Source: an uncultured Eubacteriales bacterium (GTDB lineage: Bacteria > Bacillota > Clostridia > Oscillospirales > Oscillospiraceae). Taken from it: DNA of 64,000 bases. The notes under the pieces were generated by a model that worked only from the letters and a program-made list of their open reading frames with translations, made no database searches and was not told the DNA's origin. Both the position numbers and the translations under genes were made by a program. Shown in pieces: positions 44,837-55,212 of the stretch. The stretch is taken from NCBI GenBank assembly GCA_900316205.1, contig ONBX01000001.1, positions 83,373 through 147,372 of the forward strand, in the 5' to 3' direction. The first letter of the stretch is position 1; each line of letters starts with the position of its first letter.

Positions 44837-46171
44837 TTATAGGACGACGTCCAGTTCCTCAATGCCGTAATAGCGGAAGAGGGCCAGAGCCTCCGCGCTG
44901 AGACGCTCCCCGCAGACGGCGATGGGCACTGCGGGGGGACAGCCCACGCAGGGTGTGGCCAGGATCCGACCCGGGCAGCGCTCCGCCGGCAGCGTCTCAA
45001 AAGGAGAGAGCAAAGCCTCCCGGGGAGAGAGCACCGGCTGAGGTGCTGGCAGGGGAGGCGGAGTCTCTTGCATGGGGGTCAAGCGCGGCAGAGACAGAAG
45101 AAAAGCTTCCAGGCGCTTGAGCTCCGCCTCGGTATTCTCCGGTGTGAACATCAGCACCAGGTGGTCCGGGTCCGCAAATTCCGCCACGATCCCGGCCTGC
45201 TGCAGAAGCTCTGCAAGGCTTTCCCCGGTGTAGCCCCGGGCCTTTGGCAGCAGACAGAGCTTCAAGGATTCCTGGCCGGAAAGCATCCATCCGGCAACCC
45301 GGAGGGAAGTTTTCAAGGCATCCACCTTCGCTGCCGTCTCCCGGATGCGGTCGGGATAATCCCCCGCCAGAAGCGGGTTCACCGCGTCCAGAGACTGGAG
45401 GATCAGGTAGGAGGGGCTGGTGCTGGCAAAGAGGGCCAGAGCCTGCTCCGCCATGGGCAGCAGCTCCTTCGGACAGCCGCGGGAGAGATGCAGCCAGGCC
45501 CCGCCCGTCAGCACCGGCAGCGTCTTGTGGGCGGAATCGCAGCAGAGATCCACTCCCTGATCCAAAGGGTGCCGGGAGGGAGAGAGAAATCTCAGATAGG
45601 CGCCGTGGGCGTTGTCCACCAGGAGCAGAGCGCCGTGGCGGTGGCAGAGCTCCGCGTAGGGCGCAAGGTCCAGACAGTTGCCCAGATAATCGGGACTGGT
45701 GAGATAGACCGCGGCGGGGGCCTTATCGGGATCGGCGAAGAGCTCCTCCAGCTCCGAGAGCGTGGGGACGCAGGAGAGCAGGGAAGGGCCGCAGCCGATC
45801 CAGCAAAGCTCCAGGTCCAATAGCGCTGCGCCTTCCAGAAAGACCCGGTGGGCGTTGCGCCCGGCAGCGATGCGCGGGGGAAGTCCCCGGAGCCTGGCAT
45901 AGAGCAGACTCAACTGCAGCATGGCCCGGATACAGAGGGAGGAGCCTTCGGCGCTGTAGAGCGTGCGGGCGCTGCCGAAGAGGGAGGCGGCGTTTTCCTC
46001 ACTCTCCCGGATGATGCCCCGGGCGTGGTAGAGCACGTCCGCCCCCGGGATCTCGGTGATGTCAAGCTCCTCCGGCCCCAAAAGGGGACGGCCCTTGTGC
46101 CCCGGCATATGCAGGCGCAGGGCTTCACGCTCCCGGTAGGCACGGACAAAATCGCAGATGGGGGTGTTCAT
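44837..46171 (-). CDS. PLP-dependent enzyme of the Orn/Lys/Arg decarboxylase fold
   Basis: MNTPICDFVRAYREREALRLHMPGHKG N-terminus and SAHKTLPVLTGGA (PLP-Lys) are typical of the family. ATG 46171 overlaps the scfB stop (ATGA). The track's longer ORF start is inside scfB. Confidence 0.75.
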   Translation of the reverse strand: MNTPICDFVRAYREREALRLHMPGHKGRPLLGPEELDITEIPGADVLYHARGIIRESEENAASLFGSARTLYSAEGSSLCIRAMLQLSLLYARLRGLPPRIAAGRNAHRVFLEGAALLDLELCWIGCGPSLLSCVPTLSELEELFADPDKAPAAVYLTSPDYLGNCLDLAPYAELCHRHGALLLVDNAHGAYLRFLSPSRHPLDQGVDLCCDSAHKTLPVLTGGAWLHLSRGCPKELLPMAEQALALFASTSPSYLILQSLDAVNPLLAGDYPDRIRETAAKVDALKTSLRVAGWMLSGQESLKLCLLPKARGYTGESLAELLQQAGIVAEFADPDHLVLMFTPENTEAELKRLEAFLLSLPRLTPMQETPPPLPAPQPVLSPREALLSPFETLPAERCPGRILATPCVGCPPAVPIAVCGERLSAEALALFRYYGIEELDVVL

Positions 46172-47541
46172 CGGCCTTCGGCAGCTCTTGCCACAGCCAG
46201 CATGATGGCGCACTCCATGCGCTTGCGGAAGAGCTCGCAGCCGGATTCGTAGACGCCGGTGATGGCGCCGGTGGCGTGATAGGCGTTGGCCGCGCAGCCG
46301 CCGGAGCAGTAGAGCTTGGCCCAGCAGTTCTGGCATTCGGGCTTGGCATAGACGTTGCAGGCGGCAAACTCGCCCTGGACCTCGGGGTTATCCAGCCCCT
46401 TCCAGATATCGCCCAGCTTGAAGCGCTCCTCACCCACAAACTGGTGGCAGGGATAGAGATCGCCCCAGGGGGTGACGGCCATGTACTCCGTACCGGAGCC
46501 GCAGCCGGAGATGCGCTTGTAGATGCAGGGACCGCCGGCCAGGTCGATCATGTAGTGATAGAAGGTGAAGGGACGGCCTTCCCGGTCCCGCTGGAGCATC
46601 AGCTCCGCCAGCTCCTCATACTGCTGCTTCACGATCTCGATATCCGCCGGGGTGAGGGCGGAGGGATCCTCCGGCGCGCAGACCACGGGCTCCATGCTGA
46701 GCTCGGTGAAGCCCAGGTCCAGCATCTGGCGGATGTCCTGGACGAAGTCTGGATTCTGGTGGGTAAAGGTGCCGCGCATATAGTAGTTCTTGCCGCCGCG
46801 AGCCTCCACCAGCTTCTGGAACTTGGGAACGATCCTCTCCCAGCTGCCGTTTCCGGCGTAGTCCACCCGGTAGCGGTCATGGATCTCCTTGCGGCCGTCC
46901 AGGGAGAGGACCACGTTGCTCATCTCCCGGTTGGCAAAGTCGATCACGTCATCGTCAATGAGCATGCCGTTGGTGGTGAGGGTAAAGCGGAAGTTCTTGT
47001 GGGCTTCCTGTTCCCGGGAGCGGGCATAGGCCACCAGATCCTTTACCACCTGGAAATTCATCAGCGGCTCGCCGCCGAAGAAGTCCACCTCCAGGTTGCG
47101 CCGCTTGCCGGAATGCTCAATGAGAAAGTCCAGCGCCTGCTTGCCCACCTCGAAGCTCATGACGGCCCGGTCCCCGTGGTACTTGCCCTGGCTTGCAAAG
47201 CAGTAGGAGCAGTTGAGGTTGCAGGTGTGGGCCACATGCAGACAGAGAGCCTTGATGACCCCCGCGCTCTTTTCCTTGAATTTGCCCGCCATGGGGGCAA
47301 AGGTGTCCGGTGTGAAGAGCTGGCCCTCGTCCCGAAGAGCCTCGATCTGGGTATAGCAGCTCTCGATCTCCTCGGCGGGGACAGCGGGGTAACGGACGGC
47401 CATCCCGGCAAGGAGCTGCTCTTTCGGCTGACTTTCAAAGCCCGCGATCAGGTCATAGGCCAGATCGTCCACCGCGTGCACGGCGCCGGAGCAGATGTCC
47501 AGGACGATGTTGTATCCGCCCAGTTTGTATTGATGGATCAT
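46168..47541 (-). CDS. scfB: Radical SAM/SPASM thioether-forming SCIFF peptide maturase
   Basis: MIHQYKLGGYNIVLDICSGAVHAVD N-terminus, CNLNCSYCF radical-SAM motif, and a C-terminal SPASM Cys cluster (CGSGTEY..CHQF..CQNCWAKLYCSGGC). Adjacent to a SCIFF precursor. Confidence 0.88.
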   Translation of the reverse strand: MIHQYKLGGYNIVLDICSGAVHAVDDLAYDLIAGFESQPKEQLLAGMAVRYPAVPAEEIESCYTQIEALRDEGQLFTPDTFAPMAGKFKEKSAGVIKALCLHVAHTCNLNCSYCFASQGKYHGDRAVMSFEVGKQALDFLIEHSGKRRNLEVDFFGGEPLMNFQVVKDLVAYARSREQEAHKNFRFTLTTNGMLIDDDVIDFANREMSNVVLSLDGRKEIHDRYRVDYAGNGSWERIVPKFQKLVEARGGKNYYMRGTFTHQNPDFVQDIRQMLDLGFTELSMEPVVCAPEDPSALTPADIEIVKQQYEELAELMLQRDREGRPFTFYHYMIDLAGGPCIYKRISGCGSGTEYMAVTPWGDLYPCHQFVGEERFKLGDIWKGLDNPEVQGEFAACNVYAKPECQNCWAKLYCSGGCAANAYHATGAITGVYESGCELFRKRMECAIMLAVARAAEGR

Positions 47542-47604
47542 GGATATGTTCTCCTTGTTATAGGAAATGCAGATTGTGTTTCATAAAACGCGTTTTGCAA
47601 GTGC

Positions 47605-47638
47605 CGAAAAAAATGCCGCCATCTTTCATGGCGGCATT
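47605..47638 (-). terminator. Intercistronic hairpin plus T tract between scfA and scfB
   Basis: On the minus strand: aatgccgccat-gaaag-atggcggcatt followed by TTTTTTT. Confidence 0.7.
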
Positions 47639-47652
47639 CAAGCTTTTCCCGA

Positions 47653-47799
47653 TCAGTCCTCGGTGTTCTCGCACTTCTGGTTGGCAATACCGCAGCTGGT
47701 CTTGCAGGCAGACTGGCAAGAGGTCTGGCACTCGCCGCAGCCGCCGCTCACAGCGCTGTCACAGAGATTGCGGGTCTTCAGGGTGACGATGTGTTCCAT
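47653..47799 (-). CDS. scfA: SCIFF (six-cysteines-in-forty-five) ribosomal peptide precursor, 48 aa
   Basis: Not in the ORF track (below its size cutoff). Hand translation of the minus strand gives MEHIVTLKTRNLCDSAVSGGCGECQTSCQSACKTSCGIANQKCENTED*. The GGCGECQTSCQSACKTSC core matches the SCIFF family. GGAGG lies 8 nt upstream. Confidence 0.9.
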   Translation of the reverse strand: MEHIVTLKTRNLCDSAVSGGCGECQTSCQSACKTSCGIANQKCENTED

Positions 47800-47837
47800 T
47801 GTGTAGTCCTCCAAAAGAATTATTCAGATTCCTTCTT

Positions 47838-47866
47838 TTTATACCACGCCTTGCCACGCAAGTCAA
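47838..47866 (-). promoter_or_regulatory. Sigma-A-like promoter for scfA
   Basis: Minus strand: TTGACT, 17-nt spacer, TATAAA, about 38 nt upstream of the scfA ATG. Confidence 0.55.
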
Positions 47867-48024
47867 GGTTTGCAGGCCTTTTTTTCGGGAGAAGGGGAGA
47901 AACCGGGATGATTTGCCCTGCTGATTGGCGTATCCGGTGAGAGAAGGATTGTGTTTGCAGGCAGCTTATGCTATCCTTATTCCTGAGGATCAGGATCGAA
48001 AGAGCGGGATCAGGAGGGAGCGCC

Positions 48025-49266
48025 ATGAACCAAAAGCTGCGGAAGGATGCGGAAAAGGCCGCGTTCAGTGCCATCCGGGCCGTGCTGCCCGAGGAAGCGG
48101 TGCGCCGGGCCCTGCAGGGCAGAGTTTTTTCCGGCCGGGTGTTTCTCCTGGCCGTGGGCAAGGCGGCGCCGCGGATGGCAAAGGCCGCGCTCTCAGTGCT
48201 GACCCGGCCAGTGACGGATGGACTTGTCATCAGCAAATACGGCCATTTTGACGGCCCCATCGACGGCCTCCGCTGTCTGGAGGCGGGGCACCCGGTCCCG
48301 GACGAAAACAGCGTTCTCGCCGGGGAGGCGGCGCTGAAGCTGACGGAAGATCTGCGGGAAGACGATACGGTGCTTTTCCTGCTCTCCGGTGGGGGCAGCG
48401 CACTGTTTGAAAAGCCGCTGATCCCGCTTTCTGAGCTGCAGGATATCACCCAGCAGCTCCTGGCCTGCGGGGCGGATATCACGGAGGTCAATATCATCCG
48501 CAAGCGGCTCTCGGCCGTCAAGGGCGGAAAGCTCGCCGTCCATTGTGCCCCCGCGAAGGTGGAGGCGGTCATCCTCTCGGATGTGCTGGGTGACCCGCTG
48601 GAAAGCATCGCCTCCGGCCCGGTGAGCCCGGATCCGGCCACCTGTGCCGACGCGCTGGCCATTGCGGCAAAGTACGGCCTGCGGCTCAGCCGGGATGCGG
48701 AGGCCTGCCTCCGGATCGAGACCCCCAAAGAGATCGGAAACGTCCATGCCCGGGTGGTGGGCAGTGTCCGGGAGCTCTGCCGTGCGGCGGGAGAAGCCTG
48801 CCGCGCCATGGGCTATGAGCCCGTGTTCCTTACGGACCAATTGAACTGCGAGGCCCGGGAAGCGGGACGCTTTCTGGCCTCCATCCTGCGCAGTCATGCC
48901 AGGAATGGGAAAAAGCTTGCCTTTCTGGCGGGCGGGGAAACGGTGGTGCACCTTACCGGAAAGGGCCTCGGCGGACGAAACCAGGAGCTGGCGCTCTCTG
49001 CCTTGGAAGGCCTGCGCGGGCTGAAAAACGCCTGTGTCATCAGTGTGGGCTCCGATGGGACGGACGGCCCCACCGACGCTGCCGGCGGCTATGCGGATGG
49101 CGATACCTTTGACAAACTGCGGGAAAAAGGGATCACCCTGCATGAGGTGCTGCAGGCCAACGACGCTTACCACGCGCTCCTGGCGGTGGACGGCCTGATC
49201 GTCACCGGCCCCACGGGCACCAACGTGAACGATATCTCTATCGGCCTGCTGGATGCGGAGCCATAA
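48025..49266 (+). CDS. Glycerate kinase (DUF4147/MOFRL family)
   Basis: N-terminal AVGKAAPRMA, LSGGGSAL, and a C-terminal MOFRL-like GSDGTDGPTDAAG. ATG 48025 follows GGAGGGAG. Confidence 0.8.
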   Translation: MNQKLRKDAEKAAFSAIRAVLPEEAVRRALQGRVFSGRVFLLAVGKAAPRMAKAALSVLTRPVTDGLVISKYGHFDGPIDGLRCLEAGHPVPDENSVLAGEAALKLTEDLREDDTVLFLLSGGGSALFEKPLIPLSELQDITQQLLACGADITEVNIIRKRLSAVKGGKLAVHCAPAKVEAVILSDVLGDPLESIASGPVSPDPATCADALAIAAKYGLRLSRDAEACLRIETPKEIGNVHARVVGSVRELCRAAGEACRAMGYEPVFLTDQLNCEAREAGRFLASILRSHARNGKKLAFLAGGETVVHLTGKGLGGRNQELALSALEGLRGLKNACVISVGSDGTDGPTDAAGGYADGDTFDKLREKGITLHEVLQANDAYHALLAVDGLIVTGPTGTNVNDISIGLLDAEP

Positions 49267-49276
49267 CAAGAATACA

Positions 49277-49318
49277 AAAAAGCCTCTGGGCCGGATCAGA
49301 TCGGCCCAGAGGCTTTTA
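49277..49318 (+). terminator. Rho-independent terminator; left edge of low-GC islet
   Basis: Stem agcctctgggccg / cggcccagaggct followed by TTTT. Confidence 0.8.
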
Positions 49319-49510
49319 ATGATATTATAGCTATACTCTGATTATCACGCTACAAAAGGTTGAGGGACAGAAATAGGGGCTCTATTCACTTTTTGAGTAG
49401 GAATGTGCACGGGAAGAAAAATCTTCATTTTCGACATGATGTATGCTATACTTTGATAAAATACAGATGATATGTCTGTGTTGCTGCGATAATCCTGGGA
49501 GGATACTACG

Positions 49511-52500
49511 ATGAGTACAATTTATGAGGCGATTGAGTATATCAGATCCACTGCCACATCTGAACGCGATAAGGGAACGCAGTTTGAAAGGCTGACCCGC
49601 TTCTATCTCAAGAATGATCCTCTCTGGAGGGCCAAGTTCAGCGAAGTTTGGATGTGGTCAAGTGCGCCGACCAACGACGGTGCTGACATCGGCATTGACC
49701 TGGTAGCGCAGGATCGAGAAGATGGATCCTACTGGGCGATCCAGTGCAAATGCCTGGATGACGACGCTACGCTTGACTACAAGGAAGTTGCAACTTTCTT
49801 TGGCAAAACCGGCAACAAGGGAACGTATCCCCATACGATGATCGTCACCACTGCTGCGCGCTTTAGCGGCAACCTGGATACTGTCGCGGAGAGCTGGGAC
49901 ACGATCCGGATCTTCGCCGAGGATATGGCTCAATCGGAGATCGATTTTGCGGATTGGATCGCCGGAAAGAGCACCACAACACGAGCATTCAAAGAGCCCC
50001 GACCGCACCAGGCCGAGGCTATTCGTGCATGCTTGGACGGGTTCCAGACACATGACCGCGGTAAGTTGATCATGGCCTGCGGAACGGGCAAAACGATCAC
50101 TGCGCTCCGGCTGACTGAGGAATACTTGCATTCTCAGAATCAAAAGGGCGGGAGGATACTGTTCCTCGCGCCGTCGATCGCCCTTGTCGGTCAGTCTATG
50201 CGGGAATGGGCAAACCAGGCAAAGCTCCCTATGGTCTGCGCCGTTGTGTGCTCTGACGCAAAAGCTTCTCAGGTCGATCAAGACACATGGGACTCCTCGT
50301 TGAAGGATCTTCCATACCCCGCATCGACAGATTCGGATACCCTGTATGCCCAGGTGAAGAATGCCGATCCGAATAGCCTTTGCGTGATTTTTTCGACCTA
50401 TCAATCTATTCAAGTCGTATCTGACGCGCAGAGAATGGGCCTGCCCGCGTTTGACCTCATCATCTGCGACGAGGCGCACCGCACGACAGGCATGGTAGAG
50501 CAGGGAAAGCAGGAAGAGTCCAGCGAGTTCGTCAAAGTCCATGACAACATGATCATTAACGGCAAAAAGCGCCTGTATATGACGGCCACGCCGCGCATCT
50601 ATGGCGACCGTGCGGTCAGGATCGCTAACGCGGATTCCTACATCGTTTCCTCAATGGATGACGAGGTAAAGTACGGCCCGGAGTTTTACCATCTTTCCTT
50701 TGGCCGTGCGATAGACGAAGGTCTGCTGACGGACTACAAGGTGATCGCCCTTACCATGCCGCAGGATGTTGTCAGTGAAGTGTATCAGCGGGCTATGGTA
50801 GAGGAAGGGGACGGCTTCGATGTTACGGAGTCCGCCCGGATCATCGGCTGCTGGAAAGGCTTGCTCGACCAGGGTACAGTGAACGGTCATAAGCTTAAAA
50901 ACGCCGTCGCGTTCTGCAGCACGATCGCCGAATCCAAGCGCATGTCCGACTATTTCCAACGCACTGTTGACGCGTATATCGACTATGAAAGAGAGCAGGA
51001 TCACACTCTCCCGGAGTTCCGATGCAAGATCCAGCATGTGGACGGCACGATGGACTCCAACACCAGACGCGAGCGCCTGCAATGGCTGGAGCAGACAGAA
51101 AGCGGAGAAAATGCCGCCTGTCGTATCCTTTCAAACGCTCGCTGCCTTGCAGAGGGCGTTGATGTACCCAGCCTTGATGCCGTGATCTTTCTGCAGCCCA
51201 AGAAATCTCAGATCGACATTATCCAGGCTGTGGGGCGCGTCATGCGTAAGTTTGAGGGCAAACAGTTTGGATACATCATCCTCCCCATCGTGATCCCTGC
51301 CGGTATGACAGCGGACAACGCCCTGGATGACAACGAGACCTATGGGAAGTCCTCAAAGCCTTGCGGAGCCATGACGAACGTCTGGACGCCCGTATCAACG
51401 CGCTTCCCTACGACAAGAGCAAAGCATCTCCCGTTGTTACGGTGGTCGATGCTGGAGTCCCTGCCGATCCGCAGACACCTCCCGAGACGCCCGCCGGTGA
51501 AGGAGACGGCGGCTTTGTGCCCACGCAGTCAGACTTGTTCGACGAGATGGGCGGCGCATCGAAGCAGCTCCAGGAGGCCATCAATGCCCTGATAGTCAAG
51601 AAATGCGGCACAAAGGTCTACTGGGATGTTTGGGCAAAGGACATTGCCGGGATCGCTCTGCGGCATATCCAGCGCATCAGTGAGATCATCTGTACAGACG
51701 AGACGGCACAGGTAGAGTTCGGAAAGTTCCTCCAGGGCCTGCGGGATTCTCTGAACAATTCCATCACAGAAGCCCAGGCCGTTGAAATGTTGGCACAGCA
51801 TATTATCACGCTGCCGGTGTTTGAGGCGCTGTTTGCGGGAGCGGACTTTGCCAAGAGCAACCCCGTCTCGATCGCAATGGAAAAGATGCTTGCTGTTCTC
51901 CGGCGGAATACGCTGGAAACTGAGGCCGAGAAGCGAGAACTGCGGGAGCTGTATGCGTCTGTCAGGATGCGTGCCGAGGGCATCCGCACCGATGCAGGCC
52001 GTCAGGCAGTCATCAAGGATCTGTATGAGTCCTTTTTCAAAGAAGCGTTCAAAGCGACCTCTGAAAAAATGGGGATCGTCTACACGCCGAGTCAGGTCGT
52101 CGACTATATTCTTCACGCTACGGATCGGCTTTTATTCAAAGAGTTCAGGCAGCATCTATGTGATGAGGGCGTGCATATTCTTGACGCCTTTACCGGTACG
52201 GGCACTTTTATCGTCGATCTGATCAATGACACGGAGCTCATGCCCACAGACAAGCTTCCGTATAAGTACAGGCATGAGATCCACTGCAATGAGATCATGC
52301 TGCTCGCCTACTACATTGCGTCCATCAACATTGAACACGCCTATCATAGCCGCGTAGGTGGGGAGTATGAAAGCTTCCCCGGTGCCGTGCTGACAGACAC
52401 GTTCCAGATGTACGAGGACAACGATCTGATCGATGTCGAGATGTTCGTGGACAACTCTGAGCGTGTTCTTCGCCAAATGGAGACGCCGATCCATGTACTG

Positions 52501-54339
52501 GTCGGAAATCCACCCTGGTCATCCGGGCAAAACAGTGCAAACGAGAATAACGCCAACGAGAGTTATCCAACGTTGGACAGGCGTATTGCGACCACCTATG
52601 CAGCAAGAACGCAGGCTACTAACAAGAATTCCCTGTACGATTCCTATATCCGAGCTTTCCGCTGGGCATCTGATCGTATCGGGGAAAAGGGAATTGTTGC
52701 GTTCGTGACCAACGGAGGTTGGCTGCGCTCAGATTCGGCAAACGGGTTCAGAAGATGCTTGTCCGAAGAATTCAGCTCGATATATGTTTTTGACTTGCGA
52801 GGCAATCAGCGTACTCAGGGAGAGCAATCCCGGAAAGAAGGAGGTAAAATTTTTGGCGCTGGATCACGTGCGCCGGTAGCGATAACTATGCTTGTGAAGA
52901 ATCCCTCGTCTTCGGAGCGCGGCGTTATTCGTTATCACGATATCGGGGACTATCTCTCTCGAGAAGATAAGCTGTCTATCGTTGGTGCTTCCGTGCTCAG
53001 TGAACCGTTTACATGGGAGATTCTGCGCCCTGACCATCACGGGGATTGGCTGGAACAGAGAGACGATTCGTGGTATCGGTTTGCACCAATGGGCGTCGAA
53101 AAGCTCAAAGAACCTCTTGGTATGTTTGAGATATGGAGCAATGGTCTGAAGACAGAGAGGGATGTCTGGGCTTGGAACTATTCTTCTGCGGCGCTGGAGC
53201 AGAACATCCGCAAGACGATCCAGTTTTACGAGAAAGAGCGGAAAAGACGCGCAGCTTCCCTTGACAGTATTGAGATCAATGATTTTGTAGAATACGATGA
53301 AACCAGCATCAAATGGAACTGGGGGCTTCTCAGCAACTGTAGCAGGAACCAGGAAATCTCTTTCTCCGCAAAACGCATCACTGAAGGAGCATTTAGACCG
53401 TTTTGTAAGCAATGGGTGTATTACTCGAGCGAACTAAACGGAAGAGTGTACCAGATTCCTAAGCTCTTCCCATTGGGTTATAAGAATGTTGTGATTGCGC
53501 TTTCGGGTGCAAAGGGGTTATCCGCCCTGATTTCAAATACAATTGTCGATCTACACTATGTCGGTGATGCACAGTGCTTCCCCCTGTATTGGTATGAGAG
53601 CGCAGGAAGCGGGAGAGTCATCCGGCATGATGCCATCACTGATGATGCACTGAGTGTATTCCGTAAAGTGTATCCGGGCGGAGTCGCCGAGAATGCCAAG
53701 AAAAACCGCTATCGTGAGATCCAGAAGGAGGACATCTTCTACTATGTCTATGGCATCCTGCACTCCGAAGAATACCGCAGCCGCTTTGCGGCGAACCTGA
53801 AGAAGGAACTTCCGCGCATTCCCTTTGCAGAGGACTTCGACGCATTTTGTCAGGCTGGAAAAAAACTCGCCGGGATCCATTTGAACTACGAATCTGCAGA
53901 GATGTATCCCTTGACGATCGTGGGCAACGTGGAAGATCCAGGCCCGGTGCAAAAGCTGCGTTGGGGCAAAAAGAAAGACCCGGAGGCCGGAAGATCCGTC
54001 GAGGATCGGAGCGTTCTTGTCTATAGCAGCAGACTCACATACAAAGGGATCCCGGAGGCTGCCCACCGCTATGTGGTCAACGGTCGAAGCCCCCTGGAAT
54101 GGATGATCGACCGCTACCAAGTCAAGACCGATCCCGCCTCCGGTATCGTCAATGACCCCAATGCATACAGTGACGATCCCTGCTACATTTCAAACCTTAT
54201 CAGACGCCTTGTGACGGTGTCGGTCGAGACGATGCGGATCGTGGATGCGCTGCCTCCCATCAATGAGCAGGATCGTTATGCGGATTTCCCGTATGCTTGG
54301 AAGGTGCATGAAAGTTCTCCGGTGATGAGTGAAGAATAA
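49511..54339 (+). pseudogene. Type ISP restriction-modification enzyme (Mrr-like nuclease + SF2 helicase + N6-adenine methyltransferase + TRD) split by one frameshift
   Basis: N-terminal nuclease-like DIGIDLVA...AIQCK. Helicase motifs ACGTGKT and CDEAHRT. Methyltransferase motifs DAFTGTGTF and GNPPW. Frame change at about 51341-51346: ORF1 continues as nonsense (GKSSKPCGAMTNVW...), while the other frame reads LWEVLKALRSHDERLDARIN... Fragments in the track are 49511..51592 and 51361..54339. Confidence 0.8.
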
Positions 54340-54399
54340 TGAAAGAGAAATCCGGGCTTTTCAGAGGAAATCTTTGATTCTACACGAGAAAGGTACAAG

Positions 54400-55212
54400 A
54401 TGAAGTTGCTCGTGAAATTTGGCAAGAAAAAGTATCTGCAACAGAGCATTGCGGTAAGCCTCTTTTCGTTTTCGACAGCATTGTCCTTCAAGAAAATAGA
54501 AACCGAGAGCCATATCAAAGGGCAGGGAGACGATGCGGAAGCTACATTGAAACTTCCAGTTACTAGTGCAGCAATCTATGATGATTCTGGGAAAAAGCAT
54601 GTTTTCCAGCATCCTGATTTAGTAAGTGCTCTGATTTTAGCGGTGGCGAATACACCTGTTTATTGCCTTTCTGAGATTGATACCGATATCGACTGTATTC
54701 AGACTGAAAACGGAGCAATCATAAAGCCGGAGTTTATGCGTACCATTCGCTCTCACTTTCCAAAAGCAGATTCGGCGTTGATTTTTCATGATAAGAATGA
54801 TTTTATTCAATCGGTACTGGATCAGTTTCCTGCTGCAAAAATGGGAAGAGTCAATTACTATGAATCGTGTAGTGACGGGATAACTACGCAATATATGTCA
54901 AATATAGGGAATAGAGTCTCTGAGAAGGAGTTCCTTGAGCAACTTGGTAATTGCTGTTTCTGCTATGTTGAAGAATCAAAGCTTGGAGGAGAACGGGAAT
55001 ACTATCTCGTCTATGATGAAGACGCATATCAATGCTTGTTCTTTAAGGACAACTATTTTTCTGGAGAGAAAGAGTTTCGTGTCGTCCTGCCTGACAAGTC
55101 AAACCCATTGCCCCGCATGAACTATTGGCTCAAAACGATTGATCGGACAAAGCTGGAATTATTATCGCTCGACGAGTTTGAAAACACTATTTTGCTTCGC
55201 CCTTTTTTATAA
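54400..55212 (+). CDS. Hypothetical protein, 270 aa, no family assigned
   Basis: Clean ORF 60 nt downstream of the R-M gene on the same strand. Lowest GC in the window (about 42% in a hand-counted 60-nt sample). No TM helix or signal peptide. Confidence 0.6.
   Translation: MKLLVKFGKKKYLQQSIAVSLFSFSTALSFKKIETESHIKGQGDDAEATLKLPVTSAAIYDDSGKKHVFQHPDLVSALILAVANTPVYCLSEIDTDIDCIQTENGAIIKPEFMRTIRSHFPKADSALIFHDKNDFIQSVLDQFPAAKMGRVNYYESCSDGITTQYMSNIGNRVSEKEFLEQLGNCCFCYVEESKLGGEREYYLVYDEDAYQCLFFKDNYFSGEKEFRVVLPDKSNPLPRMNYWLKTIDRTKLELLSLDEFENTILLRPFL

Noticed and set aside
51361-51592. The track's start (TTG at 51361) for the second R-M ORF, and the 3' tail of the first ORF, read as evidence for two overlapping genes.
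   Set aside because: The sensible protein sequence continues upstream of 51361 in that frame (LWEVLKA...). The ORF1 tail after about 51345 is non-homologous Pro/Arg/Ser-rich sequence. This is best explained by one gene with a frameshift.
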